A stretch of DNA of 64,000 nucleotides from Lophium mytilinum (taxonomy: Eukaryota): positions 17,765 to 81,764 of the forward strand of contig MU004186.1 in the NCBI GenBank assembly GCA_010093605.1, read 5' to 3'. Shown here in pieces: positions 38,210 to 48,182 of this stretch. A program made the position numbers and the translations under genes. The notes below the pieces were generated by a model, which worked only from the letters and a program-made list of their open reading frames with translations, ran no database searches and was not told the origin of the DNA. Within the stretch, counting starts at the first letter, position 1, and every line of letters begins with the position of its first letter.

Positions 38210-39113
38210 ATGGCGGCCAACATCACATACGGACCAGCCCAGATGGCATTCCACTGCTCAATTTGCCAAGAAGATGGCCTAGTTGACACCGCCAACACGG
38301 CACATACTGGATGCGGTCACCTTGTGCACGGTGACTGCATGTTCGATCACAACGCAAGCCGCATTGGAATGAATCGCACCATTCTCAGCTGCCCAGCCTG
38401 CCGCACCACTCTCGAAGCATCCCAAGTACAAGCCAGATCGGTGGACGCACCGCCCTCGATACCGGAAACGGCACAATTTCGAGAATACGCATCGCGCCGC
38501 GACGAGATTCTCAACCTTAACGCTATCGTGCTCGCTGCTGCGCGCCCCGCTGACCAGGCACTCCCCGAGAACCGTATCTCTCCTGAGCAGCTCGCGGTGG
38601 CGACGCGGCGGCTTCGGCAGCTGGAGGCGGAGGAAGCAGCACAACTGTAGGTGGGCCGAACTCCGTCCATCTTACACAGGACCTAATCATACCAACAGAC
38701 ATGCCACTCAGCGCCAGCAAATACGCACCGCACGCGAGCTGCGCATGCAGCAATCCGCTAGCACAGTGCCAATGCACATCCGCTTCCAGATCGACAGCAT
38801 GCATCACGCCTACCGTCAGACCGTCTCTCCGACCAACACTATATACTCGACCACGCTCGCAAGCCACCCCGGCGCACAGCCCATCCTACTACGTCTGCTC
38901 ATGGGCGACGGACACGCATACTTTGCTTGGATGAACCGAAGCGATACCGTGGGTGACGTCGGAAGTGCGTTGTTTGGGGTGCACTGGGGGTGGTTTGGTG
39001 GCGAGATACATAATCTTGCGCCTTGTCTGCACTACGGCGGTGAGCGTTTGCAATGGACAGACCGTTTGGCGGCAAAGGGCATCGGGATGGGCGGCTTAGT
39101 CAAATATGAATAG
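38210..39113 (+). CDS. 283-aa RING-H2 finger + C-terminal ubiquitin-like domain fusion
   Basis: RING CSIC..TGCGHLVHGDC..CPACR. Intron 38647-38698 (GTAGGT..CTAAT..CAG) removes the apparent TAG and joins ORF 38745 in frame. The C-terminal LLRLLMGDG..SDTVGDV..LHYGGERLQ..RLAAKGI resembles the ubiquitin beta-grasp pattern. Confidence 0.7.
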
Positions 39114-39216
39114 ACAGGGAGGTCCTGGGGGAGGTTCTTAGGAGGTCTGCAGGAGGGTTGCGGGAGGTCCACAGGAGGGCTACAGGAGAGTTAAAGGAGG
39201 GTTACAGGAGGTTTCG
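39114..39216 (+). repeat. Degenerate ~11-bp G-rich tandem repeat (CAGGAGGGTTA-like, ~9 copies)
   Basis: GGAGG-like motif recurs every ~10-11 bp directly after the RING-UBL stop codon. Confidence 0.7.
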
Positions 39217-40021
39217 AGACGTGGATTAGGTAATCAATATGGTTTGGGAGCTCCTCACTTTCTCTATGCTCGTTGCAATGCCATTACTTGGTTTATTTTG
39301 AACAACGTCTGATTGGTGGTGAGGATTGTGATTATTTTGGCTGTGGTGTTGGGGATCTTGGTGGGGGTGGCGTTGTGGCTGAGAACCACGCGCTACCGGA
39401 GTAATAGATCTTGCGACGCCCGGGAGATATAAACATCTACGGAGCCTTTCACTTCCAATTCTTTGCACCTCTTGTCCTGAGCTCTGCCAGCGTCCTGAAG
39501 GCAAACCTCGCGCCCTCAAATCATCAACGCAACGCGGCTGCACCGCAACGAGCCAACTTGCCTGCGATTGAAATCTTCACCTGAAGAAGGTATATCATCC
39601 GTCGTGTCCACGACTTCGAGCGGTTCCGCAACTCGTAGCGGAGGCAACCAAAGATCTGGGTTCGACGAGGACTTTCTTTCACGTTAGAACTCAAACGTAC
39701 GGCTGCGTTTACAGTCCCAGCTTGCACCGGGGTTTCGAAAGCCGTCGTATTATGCCACTGGCGGAACTTTTCAAAATTACTTTTATTAAAGACACCCGGC
39801 ATCGACTCCCACGGTTTTTCACTTGGCTCTAGCGCTCAGAAAGCGCGAGTGACGTCATTGTTCATCAACAGAAAAATTTTCTCTTCTACCTCACTTCGCT
39901 CGCCTTCAACAGCACACTCCTACACCTCCAACACCAACTCCAACACCTCCAACACCTCTTCACCACCCTTGTTGCATGAGCACACACTCCTCTCTCTCTA
40001 TCTCTTGTCGCTACAAGCAGC

Positions 40022-43000
40022 ATGTCGTCGTCCGACTACGCCGCTGCGCGTAGCTACAGCAGGTCCACCGCGGTGTACCGCAACATCCACGCCGGTCATC
40101 GTGCTCGTTACGGCGCTCCCATCAAGGCCGAGGAGTACGAGGAAGAACAGCACGTTCTCGACTTAGATGGCGAGCAAAAAGCACCCGACACCGAGTACGA
40201 CGCTCTCGAAGAGGCTTTGAAGCAGAAGGTAGGTCTCACCTGGACCGCTGCCGTCTCTTTCCAGGTCCAGATCGACGCCGAACACCGCACCGGGTTCATA
40301 TACCCCGGCGACCTTCCAGACGTCGTTGATGCTGCGGCCCGCACGACTACAGACATTGAGGCTGCAATTGCTGCGCGAGCTGCCGAGCATGAGGCTGGGG
40401 ACATCAACCTGCCTCGCGTCAATCCTCGACGCGCCCGAGTCGCGGAGCGGGTTGCTACTGCCATCGCAGAAGAAGTACCCGCTGCACCAGCCACTCATGC
40501 CAATATCCCCGCTGAGGAAGAGGGTCTCGAGTCCACTTCAGAAGAGGCAGCGTCTCTCCCTCTACCAGTCACTCGTCCGGGTTCCCCCACTTCAGAAGAG
40601 GCAGCGTCTCTCCCTCTACCAGTCACTNNNNNNNNNNNNNNNNNNNNNNNNNNNNNNNNNNNNNNNNNNNNNNNNNNNNNNNNNNNNNNNNNNNNNNNNN
40701 NNNNNNNNNNNNNNNNNNNNNNNNNNNNNNNNNNNNNNNNNNNNNNNNNNNNNNNNNNNNNNNNNNNNNNNNNNNNNTCAGAAGAGGCAGCGTCTCTCCC
40801 TCTACCAGTCACTCGTCCGGGTTCCCCCACTTCAGAAGAGACAGCGTCTCTCCCTCTACCAGTCACTCGTCCCGGTTCCCCCACTTCAGAAGAGGCACCG
40901 TCTCTCCCTCTCACTGTTCGCTCTGCACCAGTCACTCGTCCCGGTACACCCGTTCAAGATGATACGGCCGCCACCGCAGAAGAGCCACGTTCGCCCTCCC
41001 CTACCTTTCACTCTGCACCCGTCACTCGTTCCGGCTCCCCTACTGGAGAAGAGACGCCCTGCGGTGCACAAGAGCCTCCGTCCCCCACTGAGGTATCCCC
41101 CTTCTTTGGACGCAAAGGCAAAGGACGCGCGACTGAGCCACCGGAAGAAGCAGAGATGCCCACCGGAAATGCTTCCGCTTCGGGCGAGCCGCAAGAGGAA
41201 GACACCGGAAGTGCTTCCGGCTCGGCAGACCCGTCAGGTGACGAGCAGAATGGCACACCTCTGTACGCCTTGTACTCGGTGGGAAAGATCACGAGAAATA
41301 GGGAGGTCATTACGGATGACGACGAGTTCCTTCCACCGGATCCGGTCAAAGACGCAGAGGTGACCACCGCAGAGGATGGCGGACGTAGGGGTCGACCTCG
41401 CATCACCCTCGAGGACCTGCAAGTCAAACGAAACCCGCTGCACTCGGCCGTCACGGTCAACTTCAAGACCTTCCGCAACTTGGAAGATCTCACGTATTGC
41501 GCGTTAGTCTTTAAGTCATACTTTGTCGACAACTCGCACAAGGAGCCCCGTCAAGACTATCGTCGTTTCGACATCCTGTTTGGTGCAGACGATATTGGCC
41601 GCCCAGACGACGCCGGGTCTTTCAAAACTATATCCTGTGAAACCGTCTCAGACGCCAGCAACATCCACCTTCTGCGCAAACTATTCCCCCACTTGTCTAG
41701 GGAATACTTTACCGAGCTCATTGACGAAATGACCACAGATAACGATCTGTATCTTGTCAGGCTTCACTGGAACCCAGACAAGGTATGGGCTTCTGGTCTC
41801 TGGGGGACAGACTCTTTGCATGATGTAAAGGGTCATCTGCACGAATCTCTGCGAGTGGTCCTCCGTCGCCCCACCACGTTCAACGTGCTGGTTCGTAGCC
41901 GAGACATGACGTCCGAAATGGACAAAATGGCCACGATCATGTCTCGCCAACGAGCCGTCAACCCCTACCAGAACTTCTGGCTGGATGCTGCAAATCGTAG
42001 AGGCCACTTCCCCGGCCTCGGCAACATGTGTGCGCGCGAGACCAGACCTTCCGTTATCGCTCCCCAGCGGAACAGCTTCCCCAGCTTCTATGAGTTCAAG
42101 ACGGCGGCCTCGGTTCACATCGTGAATCTCTATGAAGTCGAGCAAGCTGCTACAAAGGAGTGGTGTGCGACTGCATTCGCCATCCCTATCCCATTCATCG
42201 ATAACCATCAGAAGATCCTTCTGGTTATCAAGGCTCCAGGGCAGACCAACGACGATAATCAGCTTCTGAACGCCAAGAAGCTGCCACAGCTCGGTCTTGG
42301 AGACACAATTGAATTCCAAATGGGGATTGACACGGTCATGGGGCCTAACATGTGGAAAGCCACCGTGGTTGAGGACTCCGTGGTCTCGCCCTTCGACACC
42401 ATCACTCTGGAAGCACGGCGCCCAATCGACAAAGAGACGAAGGAGTTCATCGACATTCCTTTCCCTATCCCGTCCGAGACCCTCCTCGATCGGCGTATTG
42501 AGCATGCACGCCCAGTCGTAGCCAAGAACATGCCCGAGTTCACCATCACGGCGTGGAAAAAAGGGTCCAGCACCATGTTTAAAAAGTACCTGAATGGCTT
42601 GCGGAAACTTGAACCCATACTTGAGGACCAGACGACGGTTCCCATCGAGTACGAAGCAGCAAAATGGCGACGACAGTTCCTGACCGGCTCAGACTTCGAG
42701 GACATCCCCCGCACCGGCCTCAAGGACCTAGTGCCAGAAGAGATGCGCGAACGCGCTCTGGCTCTCGCTCTCGATGGCGCGAAACCCTCGACCCGAGAGG
42801 CTATTCTCTACCTCTGGGAGAATGGACTAGTCGCCCGCAATGGTCAGATCACTGGTGGGCCCGGAACCGGCAAGACGGACGCGCTGATTCGACTTGCGAT
42901 GGCATTGCAAGGACAAACCTGGTGGCACTTCTACGCGCCCGACCGCCTCACCGGGGCCTTAGAGACTCGCTACGGTTCCGCAGACGCACGTATTCTCATC

Positions 43001-45046
43001 GTCTCAACCGAGAATGCGACATGCGACGACATCTTTGAGAAGATTCGTCCGCGCCTTCGCCATGCGAAACAGCAACTGCTTCCCCATCTAACCCGCGCAC
43101 CAGTCATCGCGCGCGTCCACTCCATCAAACTAGAACTCGCAATCTTCGACTTCGTCAAAGACGAAGATAGTTTACGTGAGAGCCTCCCTGATATTCATGG
43201 AGACGAGTACGTCCAAGAATACCTGGCGGCAACGAGAGCTGGAAAGTCAACCGCAAACTCTATGATTCTTCATGATCACATCCGCACCAACACCAAAAAG
43301 TATGGCATGACCGACCGGAGAATGACTATTCCCAAGGAATCGCTAGGATACATCGCGGGTGGCTTGATTGGCATCCACACGCTACCCGAGGGTCTAGAAT
43401 TCCTCTTCAACCAGGCGGTTGCGGATCAGTTCGCCTTCTTGATAATCACTCACGGCAATCTACATGCGGACCCCCCCATCCAGCCCCAGGGACAAGAGCG
43501 CATCGATTACAAGAAAGGGAAGATGGATTTGTTTGCTGCGACCCTCGCCCTCGTCAATACTGCAGTCTGTACGGTATCAACTGCGATGGACAACCTCCTG
43601 GTCGAGCGCTCGGCGCATTTTATCGGTGTCGAAGAAGCTGGCCGCGCGCATCCGCGAGAGATTCATGCTCTAGAAGGCTTCTACCCCGCCTCGAATATCA
43701 TCCAGACTGGCGACCATCTTCAGCTAGCTCCCGAGGATATGATCTCGAACCGAGAAGATGGCTTCGCTGCACAAGCTAGCTTGTCAGAGCTGCACCGCCA
43801 ACTCATGAATGGTCTCCATACTCCCGTCATCCAGGAGACAAGCAGATTCTACAACTCTCAAGTCGCGGAAGTCTCACGGATTTTCAATTCGAGCCTCGTC
43901 CCAGACGAGAACATGCTCGCCAAGGTTCCCGACAAGGCGTGGCGAGACCTCGCACGCGATCTGACGGGCCTCCCAGAGGCAGACGCGTACATGATAAACA
44001 CTGAGGATGCGGCTGCCATAAAGAATGCCTCCGGATCCAAGTACAATACCCTCCACGCAGTGATAGCCATGAACATTTTAGAGCGCGCTATCGTCGTCTA
44101 CGACATCAAAGGCTCCGATCTGCTTTACCTGTCGCCATACCGTGGAGCCGTCGAAGTGCTACGACGTTTGATTTTCCATATGATCAACTTGGCCGATGGT
44201 TTCGATGATGGCCCGCTCGTCAAGTTCGCAAACGGCCTCAAAGAAGTCGCGTCACAGATCATGACTGTCGACAGCGCCATGGGTCGTGAGCGACGATACG
44301 CCATCTTTGACACCACAGTCTCCGGTACGCGAGGCTTCACTGACGATCGTGGTCGCCTGAACGTTGGATCGACCCGTGGACGAGCTGGGCTGATCGTCAT
44401 CATGGCTGTGAACGCTTGTCAGAAGTACAGGTCCCCAGATGGCAAGGCGTTTGACGAGATTATCCAGCACTTCCGGATCAATAATCGCCTCTTCACCATG
44501 TCGCACGCGCAGCGCGCACAGCTCCGCAGCTACGACGACATCCTCAGCTCCATGGGGCTGTGGCCGCTGAAGTTCCCCGGCAAGAAAGGCCCGAACTTCA
44601 ACGACTGGAGCAAGCATCTCGATGCCCGTGACTCCCTCGCCGAGCGCAAGCGACGCAAGGTAGACGATGACGCTTCAGACCCAATCCAAGAGTGGGCAAA
44701 GGGCGATACTCCCGCAGAGGATGAGACTGATGCGAACGACGTTGATTCGGGCAACAACACGAACGACGCTGATTGGGGCAACAAGACGTCAGGGAATGCG
44801 AACGACGCTGATTGGGGCAACAAGACGTCAGGGAATGCGAACGACGCTGACTGGGGCAACAACACGTCTGCGAATGCCAACTCTGGCTGGAACTCTACAG
44901 GGGTGGACGATCAGGGTTTCAACACCGCTGATGTCGATCTTGCGAAGCAACAGTCGCTCGAATCTCAGGCCGAGTGGAATGAGTTCGGCCCTCAATCCAA
45001 TGGCGAGTCGTCGCAGGCGGGTGCGCAGGGTGGCATCAAGTGGTAG
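40022..45046 (+). CDS. UPF1-like superfamily-1 helicase (AAA_11/AAA_12 type) with N-terminal 18-aa repeats and a C-terminal WG/GW repeat tail
   Basis: Intronless 1674-aa ORF spanning a 150-N gap. Motifs: I ITGGPGTGKT (42854), Ia ILIVSTENATCD, II VEEAG, III TGDHLQLAP, LSPYRG, V TVDSAMGRE, VI RLNVGSTRGR. NDADWGN repeats at 44761-44877. Confidence 0.9.
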   Translation: MSSSDYAAARSYSRSTAVYRNIHAGHRARYGAPIKAEEYEEEQHVLDLDGEQKAPDTEYDALEEALKQKVGLTWTAAVSFQVQIDAEHRTGFIYPGDLPDVVDAAARTTTDIEAAIAARAAEHEAGDINLPRVNPRRARVAERVATAIAEEVPAAPATHANIPAEEEGLESTSEEAASLPLPVTRPGSPTSEEAASLPLPVTXXXXXXXXXXXXXXXXXXXXXXXXXXXXXXXXXXXXXXXXXXXXXXXXXXSEEAASLPLPVTRPGSPTSEETASLPLPVTRPGSPTSEEAPSLPLTVRSAPVTRPGTPVQDDTAATAEEPRSPSPTFHSAPVTRSGSPTGEETPCGAQEPPSPTEVSPFFGRKGKGRATEPPEEAEMPTGNASASGEPQEEDTGSASGSADPSGDEQNGTPLYALYSVGKITRNREVITDDDEFLPPDPVKDAEVTTAEDGGRRGRPRITLEDLQVKRNPLHSAVTVNFKTFRNLEDLTYCALVFKSYFVDNSHKEPRQDYRRFDILFGADDIGRPDDAGSFKTISCETVSDASNIHLLRKLFPHLSREYFTELIDEMTTDNDLYLVRLHWNPDKVWASGLWGTDSLHDVKGHLHESLRVVLRRPTTFNVLVRSRDMTSEMDKMATIMSRQRAVNPYQNFWLDAANRRGHFPGLGNMCARETRPSVIAPQRNSFPSFYEFKTAASVHIVNLYEVEQAATKEWCATAFAIPIPFIDNHQKILLVIKAPGQTNDDNQLLNAKKLPQLGLGDTIEFQMGIDTVMGPNMWKATVVEDSVVSPFDTITLEARRPIDKETKEFIDIPFPIPSETLLDRRIEHARPVVAKNMPEFTITAWKKGSSTMFKKYLNGLRKLEPILEDQTTVPIEYEAAKWRRQFLTGSDFEDIPRTGLKDLVPEEMRERALALALDGAKPSTREAILYLWENGLVARNGQITGGPGTGKTDALIRLAMALQGQTWWHFYAPDRLTGALETRYGSADARILIVSTENATCDDIFEKIRPRLRHAKQQLLPHLTRAPVIARVHSIKLELAIFDFVKDEDSLRESLPDIHGDEYVQEYLAATRAGKSTANSMILHDHIRTNTKKYGMTDRRMTIPKESLGYIAGGLIGIHTLPEGLEFLFNQAVADQFAFLIITHGNLHADPPIQPQGQERIDYKKGKMDLFAATLALVNTAVCTVSTAMDNLLVERSAHFIGVEEAGRAHPREIHALEGFYPASNIIQTGDHLQLAPEDMISNREDGFAAQASLSELHRQLMNGLHTPVIQETSRFYNSQVAEVSRIFNSSLVPDENMLAKVPDKAWRDLARDLTGLPEADAYMINTEDAAAIKNASGSKYNTLHAVIAMNILERAIVVYDIKGSDLLYLSPYRGAVEVLRRLIFHMINLADGFDDGPLVKFANGLKEVASQIMTVDSAMGRERRYAIFDTTVSGTRGFTDDRGRLNVGSTRGRAGLIVIMAVNACQKYRSPDGKAFDEIIQHFRINNRLFTMSHAQRAQLRSYDDILSSMGLWPLKFPGKKGPNFNDWSKHLDARDSLAERKRRKVDDDASDPIQEWAKGDTPAEDETDANDVDSGNNTNDADWGNKTSGNANDADWGNKTSGNANDADWGNNTSANANSGWNSTGVDDQGFNTADVDLAKQQSLESQAEWNEFGPQSNGESSQAGAQGGIKW

Positions 45047-45458
45047 TGGTGTCACAGGTGATGAAGGTATGACGGAGAGTATAGATTGCAAGGCCTATCC
45101 TTGAGTCTTCGAGTTCATGGTTTGTAGTTCAAGAGCCTCTCTTAGGAGGGTTTCGTAGTGACACAATGAACTCCTTATAGTTGAAACAGCTGCCAATGCA
45201 ATTGTTTAGTGAAATGACAGAGTGTTTGTGTTGCATTCTATTCGCTTGAAAAGTCCAAAACTCCATGAGCACGGCGCAGCATGATGGCGAGATACGAACG
45301 TGGACGTTTTGTGCAGGCCCTCAAATTCAGTGACTGCCGTAACCAAATCCTACAGCTTGAAAACTGTTCCTCACTACATCCTCACCACACTCCTCCCACA
45401 CCCTTCTCACGCCCTCTCACGGCCCCTCCACCAATTCGCGCCATTGTCTAACCTGTCA

Positions 45459-46313
45459 ATGCCCGCGCACGATCTAACACTGCAGACCAGCTCCTTCGAA
45501 TCCACAACTCTCGAAATCACAGTGTCGAATAGCAGCGGACAAGCTTTGCAATACCACATACTGCAGCTTGGGAGCTCAGCGACACCAGAAACCTCGCGAT
45601 CGCATCTAGCAGACCGCGCCAGCAACGATGACACTCTTGCGTCGACCTCCACACCAGCAGCCTCATTTGCGCCATCTCTCCTCTACAGAACTCAGCAACC
45701 GTCGCTCCAGCAGCACGAAACCTGGTCAGCGTCAGAGTCTGTCTCAACAAGCATCGTAGAAAAAATGCTAACAACTTCAACAGCGAGCAGTGGCCCACAT
45801 GGGCCCAGCGCCTACATTCCTCTTCCTCCTCCTCCTCCTCCTGGTCCACGGACAGCGCGAAGGTTCGACAACTATCGAGACCTCAATACTCCCCATAACT
45901 CACAATGCCACCTTGCGTTGTCTCGGAAGAAGACTCGTTCCTCAACACGGTTCGAGGAAATGTAGCGCAATCGTGCTGCAATCTTCCCGAACGCTTCTTG
46001 CTGCCACGTCACAGCACGCACGCCTGGTACGAATTTGATGTGCAGCAGACACATGTCTTTCTACGCAAGGATGAGAGATCAACAAGAACAAGGAGCGTTG
46101 GTATTTTCGAAGGATGAGATTGGTTCCTACATGCTTTTTTACCTCGCCCAGACGGAGACTGCGGCGACTGCAGTGACAGTGCCTTCGGAAGACAGTTTGC
46201 TCAATGCGTTCCTCATCAGACTAGAGCTAGAGCATCATCAATTTCGTCTGTACGCCTACCCCAGTCATCCGTTTCATTGATTGCTCTGCTCTGCTAACAT
46301 CTATCGTCTATAG
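45459..46313 (+). pseudogene. Truncated hypothetical gene with a premature stop
   Basis: ORFs 45300-45965 and 46035-46280 are in the same frame, separated by a single TAG (45963-65, a plausible RIP CAG>TAG change). The gene ends in a canonical intron 46250-46313 (GTACGC..CTAAC..TAG) with no recognisable downstream exon. Confidence 0.5.
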
Positions 46314-47677
46314 CCTTGCCTCGATCCCCAGCGGCTTCTCTTCTGCTGCTACTGCGTCTCTTAGCGCGGCGACGACGTCGTGTTCGTGTATCCAAGTTGG
46401 ATCTCCCCGATTCTTCATCCTCGCCCTCAATTCCTCATCCGTCTCCACTTTCCCAATCCTCTCAACCTTGGCCTTATTCCCCGAATGTACGGTATACAGC
46501 ACTTGATCTGTATGCGGCTTCCTTGTCCTACCGTACACTCTCAGAGATTTCGCAATATCTTCATCTCCCGGCAACTTTGTCGCGGAAGGCGGGAACACGT
46601 TCAATACAGATTGTGCGAATGACCACCCGTCATCAATCGCCAGACTCCCTCCGGCCGCAAACGCACCGCCATGAGCGTGTGCAGCATCACCCGCTAATGT
46701 GACCCTCCCGGCACCTAGCGTCCACGAGTCGAGTCCCTGCGCAGCAACGTTGGGATAGATGCGCGTGTGTGGGACCGCGTCCACGATAGCGCGGATAAGG
46801 GGGCTCCAGTCTTTGTAATATTTTCGCAAGACTGAAACGTCGCCGTCCGAATCCCAGACAGCATCTTTATACGGTGCATCAGCCGCATCCGGGTCGCTTT
46901 GGTAGGATCCCACGACGGTGAACAGATCTTTTCCCAGTTTGGAGACAAAGAGCGTGCGTTCGTGGCCCCAGAAATGAGTCGCCTCGTCCGGTAGATCTGG
47001 AATGTCGGAGACGTGGGAGAAGGGGAAGACGGAGCGAAAAGTGACCCAACCTGTCCATTGCGGTTGAGAGCTGGGGACGAAGAAACGTCGGACGGCAGAG
47101 TTTATGCCGTCGGCGCCCAGGAGGAGGTCCGCCGTAGTAGTTGAACCGTCGAGAAACTTGATGGTAAGTTCTTTCGGGCTGCTGCTGTACAAAATTGATA
47201 GGAATGCCTTCCCGAGATGGAGTTGCGCAGGATCGATATGCTCGAGGAGTGCTTGTTGCAGATGTGCGCGGTAGTATCGCGATGTGAGATGGCGATCTAT
47301 AACCTGGCCTTTGTGATGATCTGCTGAAACCACTTCGTTCGTCTTATAATGTCTACTTGTACGTTAGATTGACGTGATGATATTGGTACTCAAATTATCA
47401 CGTGATGTGCACGTGCTTACCGATATATCATTGGCAACTTCGTTTTGAGGTTTCGGAAAGCAATCGAGTCATCAATCGCATTATCGAGACCCAGGCGATC
47501 TAACGTCCTCAACCCGTTTGGCCCCAGTGCGATTGAAGCTCCGATCTCCTGCAACTTCGTCGCTCGCTCGTAGATCTGGACATCGATGCCTGGGTGAATC
47601 TTGAGCGCGATTGCGGCAGTGAGGCCAGCAATCCCAGCGCCAACGATGGCTATACGGAGTCTTGGTGTCTCTGACAT
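46308..47677 (-). CDS. FAD-dependent monooxygenase (salicylate hydroxylase-like, FAD_binding_3); C-terminal ARL is a possible PTS1
   Basis: IAIVGAGIAGL, LLLGADGINS and VTLAGDAAH motifs. Intron 47420-47353 joins the two ORFs in frame. Confidence 0.9.
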
Positions 47678-48182
47678 GGTTGACCAAGGGATAGAATGTC
47701 TCTTGGATAGCTTCTTTATATGGACCTTGTCTTACATGTCGTCCTAGCCCGGGGTGCCCTTTTCTGTCTAGCCTCGAACCCCACACCGGCTTCAAGTCGG
47801 GAATTTCAAACCAACCACCAACATCACGCAAGATGCAACTACGATTCCGAATGCGCTCACTATCTGATTACCGACATACACCCTGAAACGCGTGTATCCT
47901 AGGATGCAGACACCCTGCGCCTGGGACGATGGGCCTATCCATCACTGTCTACGGAGACCACGACTCTTCGGGTAAGGGATGCAGTGCATCATTGATGCCT
48001 GCTATGATGAGCATCGGGGAAGAACCGGTGATACAGAGCACGAATTCGTGGTTGGTGCTCTCCTACAGGGCGGGGTCAACATAGCACAGCCGTGATATTT
48101 AAGACCACGACAGAAAGGCGGCTTTCATATGCAGCGCAACCTGGACCCTGACTTCAGGACCAAGTCACATCATCTTCCTACC

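Noticed and set aside
38043..39857. Shared TGACG (ATF/CRE-like) promoter sites at 38043, 38103 and 39850
   Set aside because: Short motifs expected by chance; not evident upstream of every gene in the block.
40022..45046. Helitron RepHel or core UPF1/SEN1/DNA2 ortholog
   Set aside because: The motifs are UPF1-like rather than Pif1-like, and I see no HUH Rep domain, UPF1 CH domain or Dna2 nuclease domain.
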